From: Octopus bimaculoides
Lineage: Eukaryota
Direction of reading: 5' to 3'
DNA length: 61,759 nt
NCBI RefSeq assembly: GCF_001194135.2
Contig: NC_068987.1
Location: 97,882,318-97,944,076 of the forward strand
Shown here: in pieces, positions 13,330 to 25,989 of the stretch
How the letters are laid out: each line of letters begins with the position of its first letter
Numbering within the stretch: the first letter of the stretch is position 1
The notes under the pieces: generated by a model
Seen by the model: only the letters and a program-made list of their open reading frames with translations
The model's database searches: none
What the model was told of the DNA's origin: nothing
Made by a program: the position numbers and the translations under genes

Positions 13330-13700
13330 ATGAAGACTTAAGCGATAAAACTGAAGTGAAGTTGCGCATTTTCAGCCTCACTCTCTTGTCCGTGACATTC
13401 TTGGATCTTTTGGCAAGACCAGATCAACTCGACTAGGGATGAAGATGGATGCAATGGACGATCAAGATGTTTTTCTTGCCTCACTTTTGCTTTCTGCACA
13501 CCACAAAGCGTTGCTACAAACGCCTTTCCCTCTTTTGAATCATGCAGGTTTCTTCTACAGAGTCTGCTGGATCCATGCTTCACATAAGATGGCAAGCGCT
13601 CATACGCATATTAACCCATTACTGAGACCCTGACAGATGCTCCTACTCTAGGTTAGAGTAGACCGAGAACAGAAGTGACTAACAGTTGCTTCCATACTCA
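13330..13700 (-). mobile_element. Possible highly decayed RTE-like LINE fragment
   Basis: Minus-strand YAYERLPSYVKHG...CRRNL is loosely alignable to the RTE LLYxCESWTL...CYRRLL region; weak. Confidence 0.3.
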
Positions 13701-13975
13701 GTAAAACACGGCAATCCCAAACCAGGGCCCCACTACTAGATGCAGCTCATAGCCATACCTAGGACAACACACGTACGCACGCACGCACGCACGCCCACAC
13801 ACACATACATTCACATACACACACGCATTGATTTGGGAGGTGTACGTACGTGTATACGTGCGTGTTCGTAGTTCTATGACAAAGCATGGTTACAGCTGCA
13901 CGGCAACGTCTTAACATTACTGAGAAGTAGCTCGTTATTGTTTCTCAGCTGCATCGAAGAGGCCAGGGAATAGAA

Positions 13976-14391
13976 GAAAGAAGACATGCACCCAACACCA
14001 GAGCTGCAGACACCTCCGAAAGGGGATCCCCGCCACGTCAGAACGGTAGAGGAATAGGGGCCGAAACCGGACGTGGTTCCTCCTGATGATGTCTTGTGCT
14101 AACTGGATTCTAATCCATCAAGGGAAGGTATGTCAGAAGAAAGTAATTCAACAACGCGGGTTGATGAACCGTAAGACGTGTGGCCACAACCTCCTGGAAA
14201 ATAACCATAGCGAAGGACATTCCACAGTTGAATTAGAACAGTCACAAACAGTGAAAGAAGACATGCACCCAACACCAGAGCTGAAGACACCTCCGAAAGG
14301 GGGTGGCCCCGCCACGTCAAAACGGTAGAGGAGTAGGGGCCGAAACCAGACGTGGTTCCTCCTGATGATGTCTTGAGCTAACTGGATCCTA
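13976..14391. repeat. GC-rich direct repeat, 2 copies of about 138 bp (13976-14112 and 14253-14391) separated by a 140-bp spacer
   Basis: Both copies read GAAAGAAGACATGCACCCAACACCAGAGCTG...CCTCCTGATGATGTCTTG.GCTAACTGGAT.CTA with about 10 differences. Confidence 0.9.
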
Positions 14392-14999
14392 TAAAGGAGC
14401 TGTTGTGGTAGCAGACCACGAAACATGGTTGAAATTCCTTCCTAGCAGAATAAAAGATAGCAAGTGTGCGTGAGCAGCAGGTGCGCGGATCTGTCTGTCA
14501 CTCTCTATGTGTGTGATCGTGTATGTGTGTGTATGTTTGTGTGTAAGCATGTATGTATGTATGTATGTGCCTGTGTGTGTGAGTGTGTGTGCGTGTGTGT
14601 GTGTGTGTGTGAACGTGCTTATGTCTGTCATTCTGTGACAGGAACTTATTGTTACGGCACGATGGAAATTTAGCACTTCTAAGAAGCGATATCACCTGGC
14701 CAACACTCATTATTAGGCCAATGAAAATTATAGCAGGTGGGTATATGTACGTGTTTGTGTATATGCAAGTGTGTGTATTTGAGAGTGTATTTGTCTCTCA
14801 GATAAGCCAGATTTAACCGCTACTGTAACACGAGACTTATCAACATTCAAAACCGGATCCCTTACACGTCATAAGTTGCTGGAAAAACAGCCGAAAAATA
14901 GTTACTATTTTTTTTTTTTTTTCAGACTTCCTAATTCTTCATTTATTTTTCACGGGGAACTCTTAGATAATATTATTTATTATCATTATTAGTATTGCT

Positions 15000-15030
15000 T
15001 TAATTACTGTTATTGTTATTATTGTTATTA

Positions 15031-15076
<46 letters not shown>

Positions 15077-15165
15077 CATTATTATTGTCATTATCACTAT
15101 TATTATCATTATCATTATTATTATCATTATTATTGTTGTTGTGGTTGTTGTTATTATTATATTTT
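15000..15165. repeat. (ATT/GTT)n trinucleotide microsatellite
   Basis: Directly visible; source of the poly-L, poly-I and poly-N ORFs. Confidence 0.95.
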
Positions 15166-16650
15166 TTATTATTTTGTTGCCAACAAACATCAGAAACACT
15201 AATAAAGAATGAGAGAGAAAAAAAAATGCACTGTTGCAGATTTAGTTCGGAATGCAATGCAAAAAGAAATAAAACTGGACTTCAAAGTCCGCTTTAAAAT
15301 TCTAAAGACGAAACAAATATAATTATGACTGACAAATGTAATATTTTGAAGAGATTACTCACAACTGGCTTTGGGGTTTTACAGAAAATTTAGCTTTGAT
15401 GTGGAAGAGAATAAAATCAGCTGTGAAAAAGACGCACAGACGAGAAAAAACAAAAAAAGAAAAGAAAAACAGAGAGAAAAATCAGAAAGACATATAGAAA
15501 CACACACACACACACACACAACACACAAACACACACACGCACACAGACACACACTCACACGCACACAGAAATATGCAAACATATAACTTTTTAATTCCTG
15601 TGTATATATTCTCTTATATATGTTGAAAACATTCGTGGATTCCTATATTAGCAACGTATGCNNNNNNNNNNNNNNNNNNNNNNNNNNNNNNNNNNNNNNN
15701 NNNNNNNNNNNNNNNNNNNNNNNNNNNNNNNNNNNNNNNNNNNNNNNNNNNNNNNNNNNNNNNNNNNNNNNNNNNNNNNNNNNNNNNNNNNNNNNNNNNN
15801 NNNNNNNNNNNNNNNNNNNNNNNNNNNNNNNNNNNNNNNNNNNNNNNNNNNNNNNNNNNNNNNNNNNNNNNNNNNNNNNNNNNNNNNNNNNNNNNNNNNN
15901 NNNNNNNNNNNNNNNNNNNNNNNNNNNNNNNNNNNNNNNNNNNNNNNNNNNNNNNNNNNNNNNNNNNNNNNNNNNNNNNNNNNNNNNNNNNNNNNNNNNN
16001 NNNNNNNNNNNNNNNNNNNNNNNNNNNNNNNNNNNNNNNNNNNNNNNNNNNNNNNNNNNNNNNNNNNNNNNNNNNNNNNNNNNNNNNNNNNNNNNNNNNN
16101 NNNNNNNNNNNNNNNNNNNNNNNNNNNNNNNNNNNNNNNNNNNNNNNNNNNNNNNNNNNNNNNNNNNNNNNNNNNNNNNNNNNNNNNNNNNNNNNNNNNN
16201 NNNNNNNNNNNNNNNNNNNNNNNNNNNNNNNNNNNNNNNNNNNNNNNNNNNNNNNNNNNNNNNNNNNNNNNNNTATGTATGTGTGTGTGTGTGTGTGTGT
16301 GTATGTGTGTGTGTGTATATGCATGTATATATAAGCTCGCGCAAGTCTATGCACATCTCTGTGTATGCAATAATGGTGCGGCAGTTTAGCATATATCGGA
16401 ATCTGTTATAGGAAATCTGGAATAGATTAATATTTCATACCTTAAGGAAGCAGAAAAACAAATGCCAAAAAAAAAAAATATATAAAATTACATCAGTAAA
16501 AGTTAATTGGGTCACAATATAAAATCTTATACACTGAGATAAATCATAGAAAAATGTAAGAAATATTTAACTATCGTATTAACTGACAAAATTCAGGGTG
16601 TTGTACATGATAACTATGAGATGATAAGGTCTTAGATTGGGTGGAATGAA

Positions 16651-16752
<102 letters not shown>

Positions 16753-18269
16753 GTATATATTAAAGGAATTGATGTATAGAAGCTGGATCATAATTATCTT
16801 GTAGATCACAATTGATACTTTGCGTGATCAAGTAGAGAATTATAGGTGCCTCAGTAAGGTTATTAGGTTATAGTAATATTGTTATTTGGTTATTAGTAAT
16901 ATGGTATATCATTTATGAATTGCTATAAGTTTAGATACTACCCTTTGCTTTTAAAAGTAGATTGTAATAGAGAGTGGGTGGTTTTAGCATAATGTCTTCT
17001 ATGAAAGGGAAGATTCAAATCTGTATGGTTAGAATGGTAAGAGTGGTATGCATAATTGTTCACTAGGTATAAAGGGATATGTGGTGAAGTAACCTTCGGG
17101 TGGAAATCAGATTTGAAATGCGAAATGAAAGATTTATGTCTGTAGGTAATTAGATTGCATCTAAAAAGGCGCTTCTGGTTGCATGCGTAGGATTTCTATA
17201 TATGAATATGATTCTGTCGAGAAGTGAAAATTAAATTTTGAATGCAATAATCGTGGGATGTTAAAGATTAGCGGAGATGACTGTAAGTATTACTCACCAT
17301 ATCAAAGTAGAACTAATATGTTAAATATACAGCTACATCTATAGCGTATTATATGGAAAGATATGCATTTATCTTATAGAGGTACTCACTTCTAGTAAAG
17401 TGGCAAGTGACAAGCTGCTGGAGATTACAAAAGTAATGAAAAAAAATATGTATAGAGAAGCCGCACTAATCATAAAACGACTATTGCAAGTTTCAAAAGA
17501 GTAAATAATATATTTATGTAGGAAACAAGTCGGAGGTAGTTCAACAAGAGAGATATTTGAGAAAAGAAATCACGAGAGGATAAAAACTTCTTAAAGGACA
17601 CAACAAAATTAATGAAGTGGCGAGGACTTACAAAATTCGAGTCGCACAACTAGTAACCGAGCAAGTGTGATGGGGTTAGTGTTGGTATCTTGGTCTGCTG
17701 AACAACGAGCATAATGAATATTATTCTACCGGGCATGGTTTGTGGATTATCAGGCGCATTCTCTTGTTCTTCAAACTTGTATTGGTCTGATGCAGCATTT
17801 TATATGAGCCTAGTAGATATTAGAACGCAGGAGTTGTGTGTAGATACTTTCACTTAGATGAGTAGCTAAAGAACTGAAGTGCTTCGTCTGCTATGGGCCC
17901 ATTGGGGCGTCAGTGAGCGACCTTCTTCCGGAGGAAACACCATAACGTTCTGATGAACCCATAGTTCGGACCCTGGTAGATGATAGAACTCTGGGTTAGA
18001 GTGAACATCAGAACAATAATGGCTCGGCTCCAAATTCTCAAGACGCTGAACTCATAAACCAGGGCCTCACTATTAGATACAGTTTAAAATCGTACTCAGA
18101 TCATGTACCAGAATGAAATATCTATTAGAGTGAGATATCTACCGGAGTGAAATATCTTGAGGGTCTCATATAGTCGACTAATATTGTTGAAGTCTGTACT
18201 CACGCATGGCCCGAGATCAACAATAGCAATCAGTACAGGAAGAACGACGAGATGCTGGAAATTTCTTGA

Positions 18270-18465
18270 CTCTAAGGCTATCGCAAAAGGCCTGGTTGCA
18301 GGTCGAACCTCCTGAGTTCTTCTACGTGGCCTAGAAAAACTGGAAGACCGCTGCAATAAGTGTGTGGATCTGAAAGGAGAATATGTTGAATGATATCATA
18401 ATTAACTAATCCTCCTGTATTTTCTTTTATCTAAAGCCAGGAACTACTCAGCAGCCCACAGTGTA
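18270..18465 (+). mobile_element. Mariner 3' end: transposase C-terminus plus right TIR
   Basis: LRGLEKLEDRCNKCVDLKGEYVE* (TGA at 18391-18393) is a typical mariner C-terminus; it is followed by AAAGCCAGGAACTACTCAGCAGC, matching the reverse complement of 37760-37823. Confidence 0.8.
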
Positions 18466-18762
18466 CAGTATGACCTGGGATTTGCCAACAATATCATAAC
18501 TATTTTTCTATCTCTCTTCTTCGTCTTTGTATATGAAAACATNNNNNNNNNNCCCACACACACACACGCACACACAAGCGCACACGGCTTATGCATCTGT
18601 GTTTATGTGAGTGTTATATGTATATTTGTTTGATTTTGCTTACAGATATATGCTAATATTTCTTTGTGCGTGCATACATTTTTTGTTTGTATGTATGTGT
18701 GCCCGAGAAAATTTTTGATCACTTTTGCCTTAATAACTTAATTACACACTCCACACGCCCGT

Positions 18763-18804
<42 letters not shown>

Positions 18805-19339
18805 ACATACACACACACACGCACACATGCATTAGTGTATATACACATGCTGACACACTCAAATACTAGTACCCACACACCAGCACCATACACACGCACA
18901 AGAAATTAAGGAAGATATTTTTAGTAATGTCTTTCGTTTGATAATCATGACATCGTTTTCAGGGATTTCAAATCAATATAAACTTAATAAACTGGATGAG
19001 AATCATATTCTGAAATATCAAATGAAAATGTTTGTCCACTTGAGTGATGCTTAAAGTTCACTGTAACCTTTATCACAGCAAAGTTCACTTCAACAATTTG
19101 TTTCATTTATCGTTTTTTTAATATTTTATTTTCCTCTTCTACGTAAAATATCTCGCAAGTAGAAATTCTGTTTGTCATTTTCTATTCTGTGCTATTTCAT
19201 GAATGCTTTCAGAAGAAATCTTTAAAATATCTTAGTTCAATCAATATGTGTTCGGGACAGTACTTTGTAAATAGTTGGTTTTAGGTTCGTTCCTGTAGTA
19301 TACTACGCTGGGCAACTCCCTTCTATTAAAGGCCCAATC

Positions 19340-19520
19340 TTACTTTTACTCGCTTCAGTCATTGAACTAAGGTCATGCTGGGGCATACCCTTGAAGGGTT
19401 TATTCGAAGAAATCGACCACAGAACATCTTTGTTATAAACCGGCTATTTATTCTATCGTCACTTTTTGCTGAACCGTTAAGTTTCGGGGAAGTCAAAAGA
19501 TTAACACTCTTTCTCAAGCG
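19340..19520 (-). mobile_element. SINE family A, diverged 3' half
   Basis: CTTCAGTCATTGAACT...CATGCTGG...CTTTTTGCTGAACCGTTAAGTTTCGGGGAAGT is homologous to the family A 3' part. Confidence 0.75.
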
Positions 19521-19559
19521 GCAGTGGAGGACAAACTCAAACACGATAAATATAAACGT

Positions 19560-19643
19560 TTTCGATCTAATTTGGATTCGTTGCCATCAAATTTAAATTC
19601 TTTGCCATCAAATTTGAAATCTTTGCAATCAAATTTGATTGGA
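19560..19643. repeat. 21-bp minisatellite, 3 clear units plus 1 degenerate unit
   Basis: TTGCCATCAAATTTAAATTCT / TTGCCATCAAATTTGAAATCT / TTGCAATCAAATTTGATTGGA at 19581-19643. Confidence 0.85.
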
Positions 19644-19654
19644 AAGAATCCAAA

Positions 19655-20154
19655 TTTCTTTACCAAATCGTTACTGACGACAAAAAATGGTGCCTGTTCA
19701 TCAATATGAAGCAGCGTAAGGAATGGCTTAGATCCAGTAAACAATCGACACCGCACGTGAAACAAGATCTCCATCCGGGTAAAACGATGTTGCAGGTATG
19801 GTGCGACTGGGAAGGGATTATCCATTACGAATTGGTTGAACAGAACCGAACGGTTAACGCGGAACTCTATGTTCAACAGGTGGAACGACTCACCACGGCT
19901 ATTCAAGAGAAAAGACCTAATCGGCAGCATGGAGTTCTCCTGCTGCTCGACAATGCCCGCCCTCATATGCCAATATGACCAAGGAACTCATTGAAACGCA
20001 TGGCTGGGAAGTGCTGCCACACCCGCCGTACTCTCCTGATTTTGCACCAACAGATTTCCACCTCTTTCGATCGCTTTTAAATGCTATGCATGGAGTTTCG
20101 TTCAATACTGATACAGAATTGAGAGCTTGGTTAGATCAATCGGGTGATTTCTAC
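19655..20154 (+). pseudogene. Mariner (DD34D) transposase catalytic domain, frameshifted and 5'-truncated
   Basis: In-frame YQIVTDDKKWCLFINMKQRKEW...KTMLQVWCDWEGIIHYELV...LLDNARPH, a 1-nt frameshift near 19967, then ANMTKELIETHGWEVLPHPPYSPDFAPTDFHLFRSL. Catalytic D codons at 19679, 19949 and 20053; the 3' end runs into an N gap. Confidence 0.95.
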
Positions 20155-20562
20155 NNNNNNNNNNACACACACACACACACACACACACACACATTTATAT
20201 ATATATATATATATCTGGCAGGATATATTTCATTATTTATGTTAATATGAGCTTTGATAAATTTACAGACTCAGACACACACACACACACACACACTTAC
20301 TCCCCCCACAATCTATATCTAAATTCTGTGAGCATCCATAAGTGTGTGTGTGTGTATAAAGCGGTATATCTATATATATGTGTGTGTGCGTGTATGTATG
20401 TGTGTATGTATGCATAAATAGATACATGCATACATACATGCATATATGTATGAAAAATACACATCGTTATCTATTCGCTTACTCACAAATAGTTATAGAG
20501 CAATGGTGGAGACAAGTGTTGTTTTTCAATGCATGTATCTATGTATGTTTTAATGTTGTATG

Positions 20563-20629
<67 letters not shown>

Positions 20630-21747
20630 ATATATATATATATTTACAAACAAACACACACACACATACACTCACAAACACACGCATATATACATATAAA
20701 TGTATTTATATATACATACGTGTCTAATTTTTCTGTGCATGAGATTAAATATCACCAATGCAGTTTTACTCAGTTTTTTTTTCCTTGTGTTCTAATAACC
20801 GACAACACAGGAATAGTTTTGAAATAACGCATAAAGAAGTTCAAACTAAGAGGAAAATGCCAAACTTTAGCAATCTATAAATTCCATCCATTCGACCGTT
20901 TCAATTTTATATTTTTATTTAACTTCCAGATTTATCACAAACGTATTTCACTTTGTTTTTCTTTATTGTGTTTTTTTTCTGGCCACTAATCCGTCAGGTT
21001 TTAGTAGCAGAAATTCCATCCTATTTCATCTTGTTACGTCATACATTTTTCTTCTTCTTTATTTCGCGAATTCGTTTTGTCTTCGCTAAGTTCAGCTTTC
21101 TCTGCGATTTGCTAGCATTCATTGAGACGAATGAACGATAAAGGTTTCTTAGTGAAGTCAACTGAATTTAACATAACTCGGCTTTGATGTGATTACACAC
21201 TTGAAGCTTGCAGTAGGACGATGACGACAGCGACGGGGACGCTTATGATGACTACAACGATGATGAGTAAACGGTGGTGCCGTTCGTTTCCAATGTGTTG
21301 CTCATCCTTCCTCCAATTTTATTTTCTTGCTTCTACTTTTTCTCCTTTTTACTTCGTCATTTGTGACTTCACCTCGCCTTAATTTCTTTGTCCCCTCCTC
21401 CTCATTCTCCTCCTCCTCTTCCACCTCCTCTTTTTCGTCAGCATCCTCATCAGCCACGTCCATCACATCCATCTCATGAACATTATGAACATTGTTGTGA
21501 TCATCATCATAATAAGGTGTGTGTGACTGTGAGCTTGTGCATTAGCGTGTGTGAGTGAATGCGTGTTTGTGCCAAAAGTGTGTAGTATCCGACTCACAAG
21601 CAACATTCCTGAATATAATTTGTCCGTGAAGTGCCACTTCAAGACACACGCTCGCTTGCGCAAACACATGCATTCATGTACACACAAACACACACTGTTG
21701 ATTTATGTACATATAAGTGTATGTATATATTAAGCATGTATGCATAG

Positions 21748-21798
<51 letters not shown>

Positions 21799-21903
21799 CA
21801 TATGTATGTATCCATCTATCTATTTATCTCTCTCTATATATTTATATATACGTATATATATGTATATACACATACATACTATATATATGTACACAAATAT
21901 GAA

Positions 21904-21992
<89 letters not shown>

Positions 21993-22081
21993 ATGCATGT
22001 GTGTGTGTGTATGTATCAGTATATGCATACATGTATGCACAAACATGTATATATAACACTGCAACACCTATAGACACAAAG

Positions 22082-22112
<31 letters not shown>

Positions 22113-22519
22113 AGCAGATATAATTATTCAACAGTAGCGTACGCATGCGCACAGTCACAAGCAGCAAATAAGCGGTAAATTATAGACTCAAATGTTTTTA
22201 AAAAACTGCACATAAAAAAAAAACCAACGTAAAATAACACTGTGCAAATAAGATTATTATACGATTGTAATAAAATTATATATCTTTCTAGTTGAAGTTT
22301 ATTGATTTATTGCAGTTGTATAACTGGGTTTTTATTTCTTCACTCTCTTTATTCAGTCTTTCTGATTGTCACTGTGTCTGCTGCGTTCTTTTCATTTTTC
22401 TTCTTTTATTTGTTTCATATCGCTTGCTCTTTGAAACGGCTATTACAGAAACTGATTCATTGAAAAGAGGACAAAAATTATGATAACTATGAATGCATTC
22501 CGCTACCACTATCAAATCA

Positions 22520-22548
22520 TTATTGTTGTTCTTGCTGTTATTATTATG

Positions 22549-22605
<57 letters not shown>

Positions 22606-22612
22606 GTTATTA
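22520..22612. repeat. (ATT)n microsatellite
   Basis: Directly visible. Confidence 0.95.
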
Positions 22613-23692
22613 TCAAGCAAGATATTGCTTACAATGTTGTTGATGTTATTTCTACTGAAGTTTGAAAATTGCAGGAATTTCCTTTTTCATCTATTTCTTT
22701 CTTTTCTCTTCTNNNNNNNNNNNNNNNNNNNNNNNNNNNNNNNNNNNNNNNNNNNNNNNNNNNNNNNNNNNNNNNNNNNNNNNNNNNNNNNNNNNNNNNN
22801 NNNNNNNNNNNNNNNNNNNNNNNNNNNNNNNNNNNNNNNNNNNNNNNNNNNNNNNNNNNNNNNNNNNNNNNNNNNNNNNNNNNNNNNNNNNNNNNNNNNN
22901 NNNNNNNNNNNNNNNNNNNNNNNNNNNNNNNNNNNNNNNNNNNNNNNNNNNNNNNNNNNNNNNNNNNNNNNNNNNNNNNNNNNNNNNNNNNNNNNNNNNN
23001 NNNNNNNNNNNNNNNNNNNNNNNNNNNNNNNNNNNNNNNNNNNNNNNNNNNNNNNNNNNNNNNNNNNNNNNNNNNNNNNNNNNNNNNNNNNNNNNNNNNN
23101 NNNNNNNNNNNNNNNNNNNNNNNNNNNNNNNNNNNNNNNNNNNNNNNNNNNNNNNNNNNNNNNNNNNNNNNNNNNNNNNNNNNNNNNNNNNNNNNNNNNN
23201 NNNNNNNNNNNNNNNNNNNNNNNNNNNNNNNNNNNNNNNNNNNNNNNNNNNNNNNNNNNNNNNNNNNNNNNNNNNNNNNNNNNNNNNNNNNNNNNNNNNN
23301 NNNNNNNNNNNNNNNNNNNNNNNNNNNNNNNNNNNNNNNNNNNNNNNNNNNNNNNNNNNNNNNNNNNNNNNNNNNNNNNNNNNNNNNNNNNNNNNNNNNN
23401 NNNNNNNNNNNNNNNNNNNNNNNNNNNNNNNNNNNNNNNNNNNNNNNNNNNNNNNNNNNNNNNNNNNNNNNNNNNNNNNNNNNNNNNNNNNNNNNNNNNN
23501 NNNNNNNNNNNNNNNNNNNNNNNNNNNNNNNNNNNNNNNNNNNNNNNNNNNNNNNNNNNNNNNNNNNNNNNNNNNNNNNNNNNNNNNNNNNNNNNNNNNN
23601 NNNNNNNNNNNNNNNNNNNNNNNNNNNNNNNNNNNNNNNNNNNNNNNNNNNNNNNNNNNNNNNNNNNNNNNNNNNNNNNNNNNNNNNNNNNN

Positions 23693-23738
<46 letters not shown>

Positions 23739-24244
23739 GCATATATAAGCATAGTTGAACAACTACGACTGACATGCATTTTTTTTTCTCCCCCCTCTCT
23801 CTCATACTCTATATAAGTGTGTGTGTATGTGTGTACGTGTGTGTGTGTGTGTCTGCTTGCAAGCTGATAGTGAATGCACTTCTGCATTATCCAATATATC
23901 TGCATCAACGAGTGTCTCCTCTTTTTGTCAGTAGCAGTAGTGCGTAGTTTAACATTGATTTGATTATTATTACCGGCAAGTTTGCTCAAACTTGTAGAAT
24001 CTTCCCTGCTCAGACGCGTCTATTAAACTTAAATATATCAAGCGCGTCTAACACGAGCATCTTAAAACAAAAAAATACAGTAATGTTACTACATTCCAAA
24101 AGGGATGTCCTTTTTGTGAGTGAACTGCACAAGAAACAATTTCTATCACTATAAACAGACATTGCAGTCTGTTTTAATCTAAGATTACTTTATAATATAT
24201 ATTATAGAATACTTTATAAAATATGATATATATTTTGTAATATA

Positions 24245-24440
24245 TATTGTAGAAAGATACAGAAATAATTTTTTCTTTATTCTCAAACGCGTGATCAGGA
24301 TAAATTATCCATAGATTGCAGAAAAATACGTTACCGGCCGGTAACTTATTTTTCTGCAATATATGGATAATTTATACTGATCACGCTATTTATTAGCATT
24401 ATCACGCGTTTGAAAATAAAAAATAAAAATTCTATATCTT
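24245..24440. repeat. Foldback element/palindrome (probable MITE)
   Basis: Arms 24292-24337 and 24338-24383 are reverse complements with 3 mismatches in 46 and no loop; the symmetry extends outward (CTCAAACGCGTGA vs TCACGCGTTTGA) after a roughly 19-bp insertion. Confidence 0.85.
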
Positions 24441-24599
24441 TCAATACATCTCAACGCTTCTAAAACAAACTTTGTTTACTTTCATCGGAAGTTGAATATA
24501 TTGTAGAATATTTTAAATCTCAATGATTTGTCCAGCTTATTGTTGGAGAAATCCCTAAATTGACTCTAAACTCGTAACTGTTTGTAAAAATACATTGAC

Positions 24600-25165
24600 A
24601 GCACAAAGTGTTACTGATAAGACTTTTATTATTTTGGCTTGGGTTCGCAAGCGACGATTTACCGGGGCGTAGGTCCACGTCTGTTGCAGGCTTGCGCATT
24701 CCAAACAATTTTGATTCAGACCAAACAGGCACGACCTGAGAGGCTGCTTTGGGAGGTAACCTGATCGGGGCTGGTCTAATTCACTTGTTATTCCTACTTT
24801 TTCTCTTGTTTGCAATATTGCTGCTGTAGGGTATTTCAAACGAAGTTGTTGCCCGGAGAACGATGAGATGCCAAGTGTCACGATGAGATGCCAGGCAAGA
24901 AAAGATCGCTGGTGGTGAACAATGTAGCAGGCGTCGAGGGATTTCATTAGGGAATTCCTGTACCTCCTCTTTGATGTTCCTTTATGTCAGTGGCCAGTGG
25001 AGAGTTCGCCATAGTGCTTGATCTTGGGAAGTCGATGTTCTTCCATTCTGGACATACGTCCTGCCCAGGTAGGTGTGTCATCTGCGGAGTTGTTTCAACG
25101 CTAGTGACATTCGTCTGCTCTAGAACCTCGACGTTAGTGACGAAGTCGTTAATGTAGAAGCATTA
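24600..25165 (-). mobile_element. Decayed RTE-clade LINE, 3' portion of the ORF
   Basis: DFVTNVEVLEQTNVTSVE..., frameshift, WAGRMSRMEEHRLPKIKHYGELSTGH*HKGTSKRRYRNSLMKSLDAC matches the RTE motifs WxGHVxRMxxxRLPK and YGELxxGxRxxGxxKKRYKD. Confidence 0.85.
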
Positions 25166-25885
25166 AACCACAATATTTTAATAGTCACCAACACTGTGAA
25201 AGCTTGTAGTTCTATCTCTATCAACCATATCTGAATATGCTTTCCAAATTCTCTTTATAACTCCGTTTCTGTATGTTGCAAAGAAAAAAAAATCAGGAAA
25301 GAATGCGTGACCAACGTCAATCCCACTATGTTGGCCCGCATAGGTAATAAAAAAAACAAATCCCACTCATCCTGGAAATGTGGAACTTAGCGTCAAAGTA
25401 AATAATTGATATTCAAAATAAGTTCGGAAATGATGGCGCTCCTCTGTCGCTGATAAGGTAATTGCCTTCTTATGTTACTGCATTCGTTGTTTATATTATA
25501 TTGATAAACTAGTTCGTTGTATTATAATAATATATCATTTCATAGTCTATTAGTAACTGTGTTTCTATTATACTAATCAATTAATCTTCTAATATTGCTA
25601 GGTAATTTGTTTGTGGTATACTAATGAAAACATTTAATAAAACTGAAAATTAATAAAAAGCGTAAACATCATTATACTACAAGCAGTGTGTCCAACACTT
25701 TTTATCTCGATATGATTACTTATTTAATATATGATCAGAGAGTTGCCACAACAAAACAAATTACTCTGTTTACTGCAGCCAATATATACTAAAGCAACGT
25801 ATCTATAGCCACTATGATATACGTTTTCATCTCTCTCTCCCTCTCTCTCTTCCCTCTCTATCTCTCTCTCTCTCTCACACACACA

Positions 25886-25943
<58 letters not shown>

Positions 25944-25989
25944 GATATATGTATGTTTTTTTTGTTTTTAATTATTTAAATCCTTCTTC

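Noticed and set aside
14803-14905. DKPDLTATVTRDLSTFKTGSLTRHKLLEKQP, a faint thymosin-beta/WH2 resemblance after an acceptor site
   Set aside because: Lacks the LKKT motif and has no good in-frame donor.
16850-17870. Purine-rich stretch with an open frame of about 60 codons (17325-17505)
   Set aside because: No recognisable RT, endonuclease or transposase motif; cannot be assigned.
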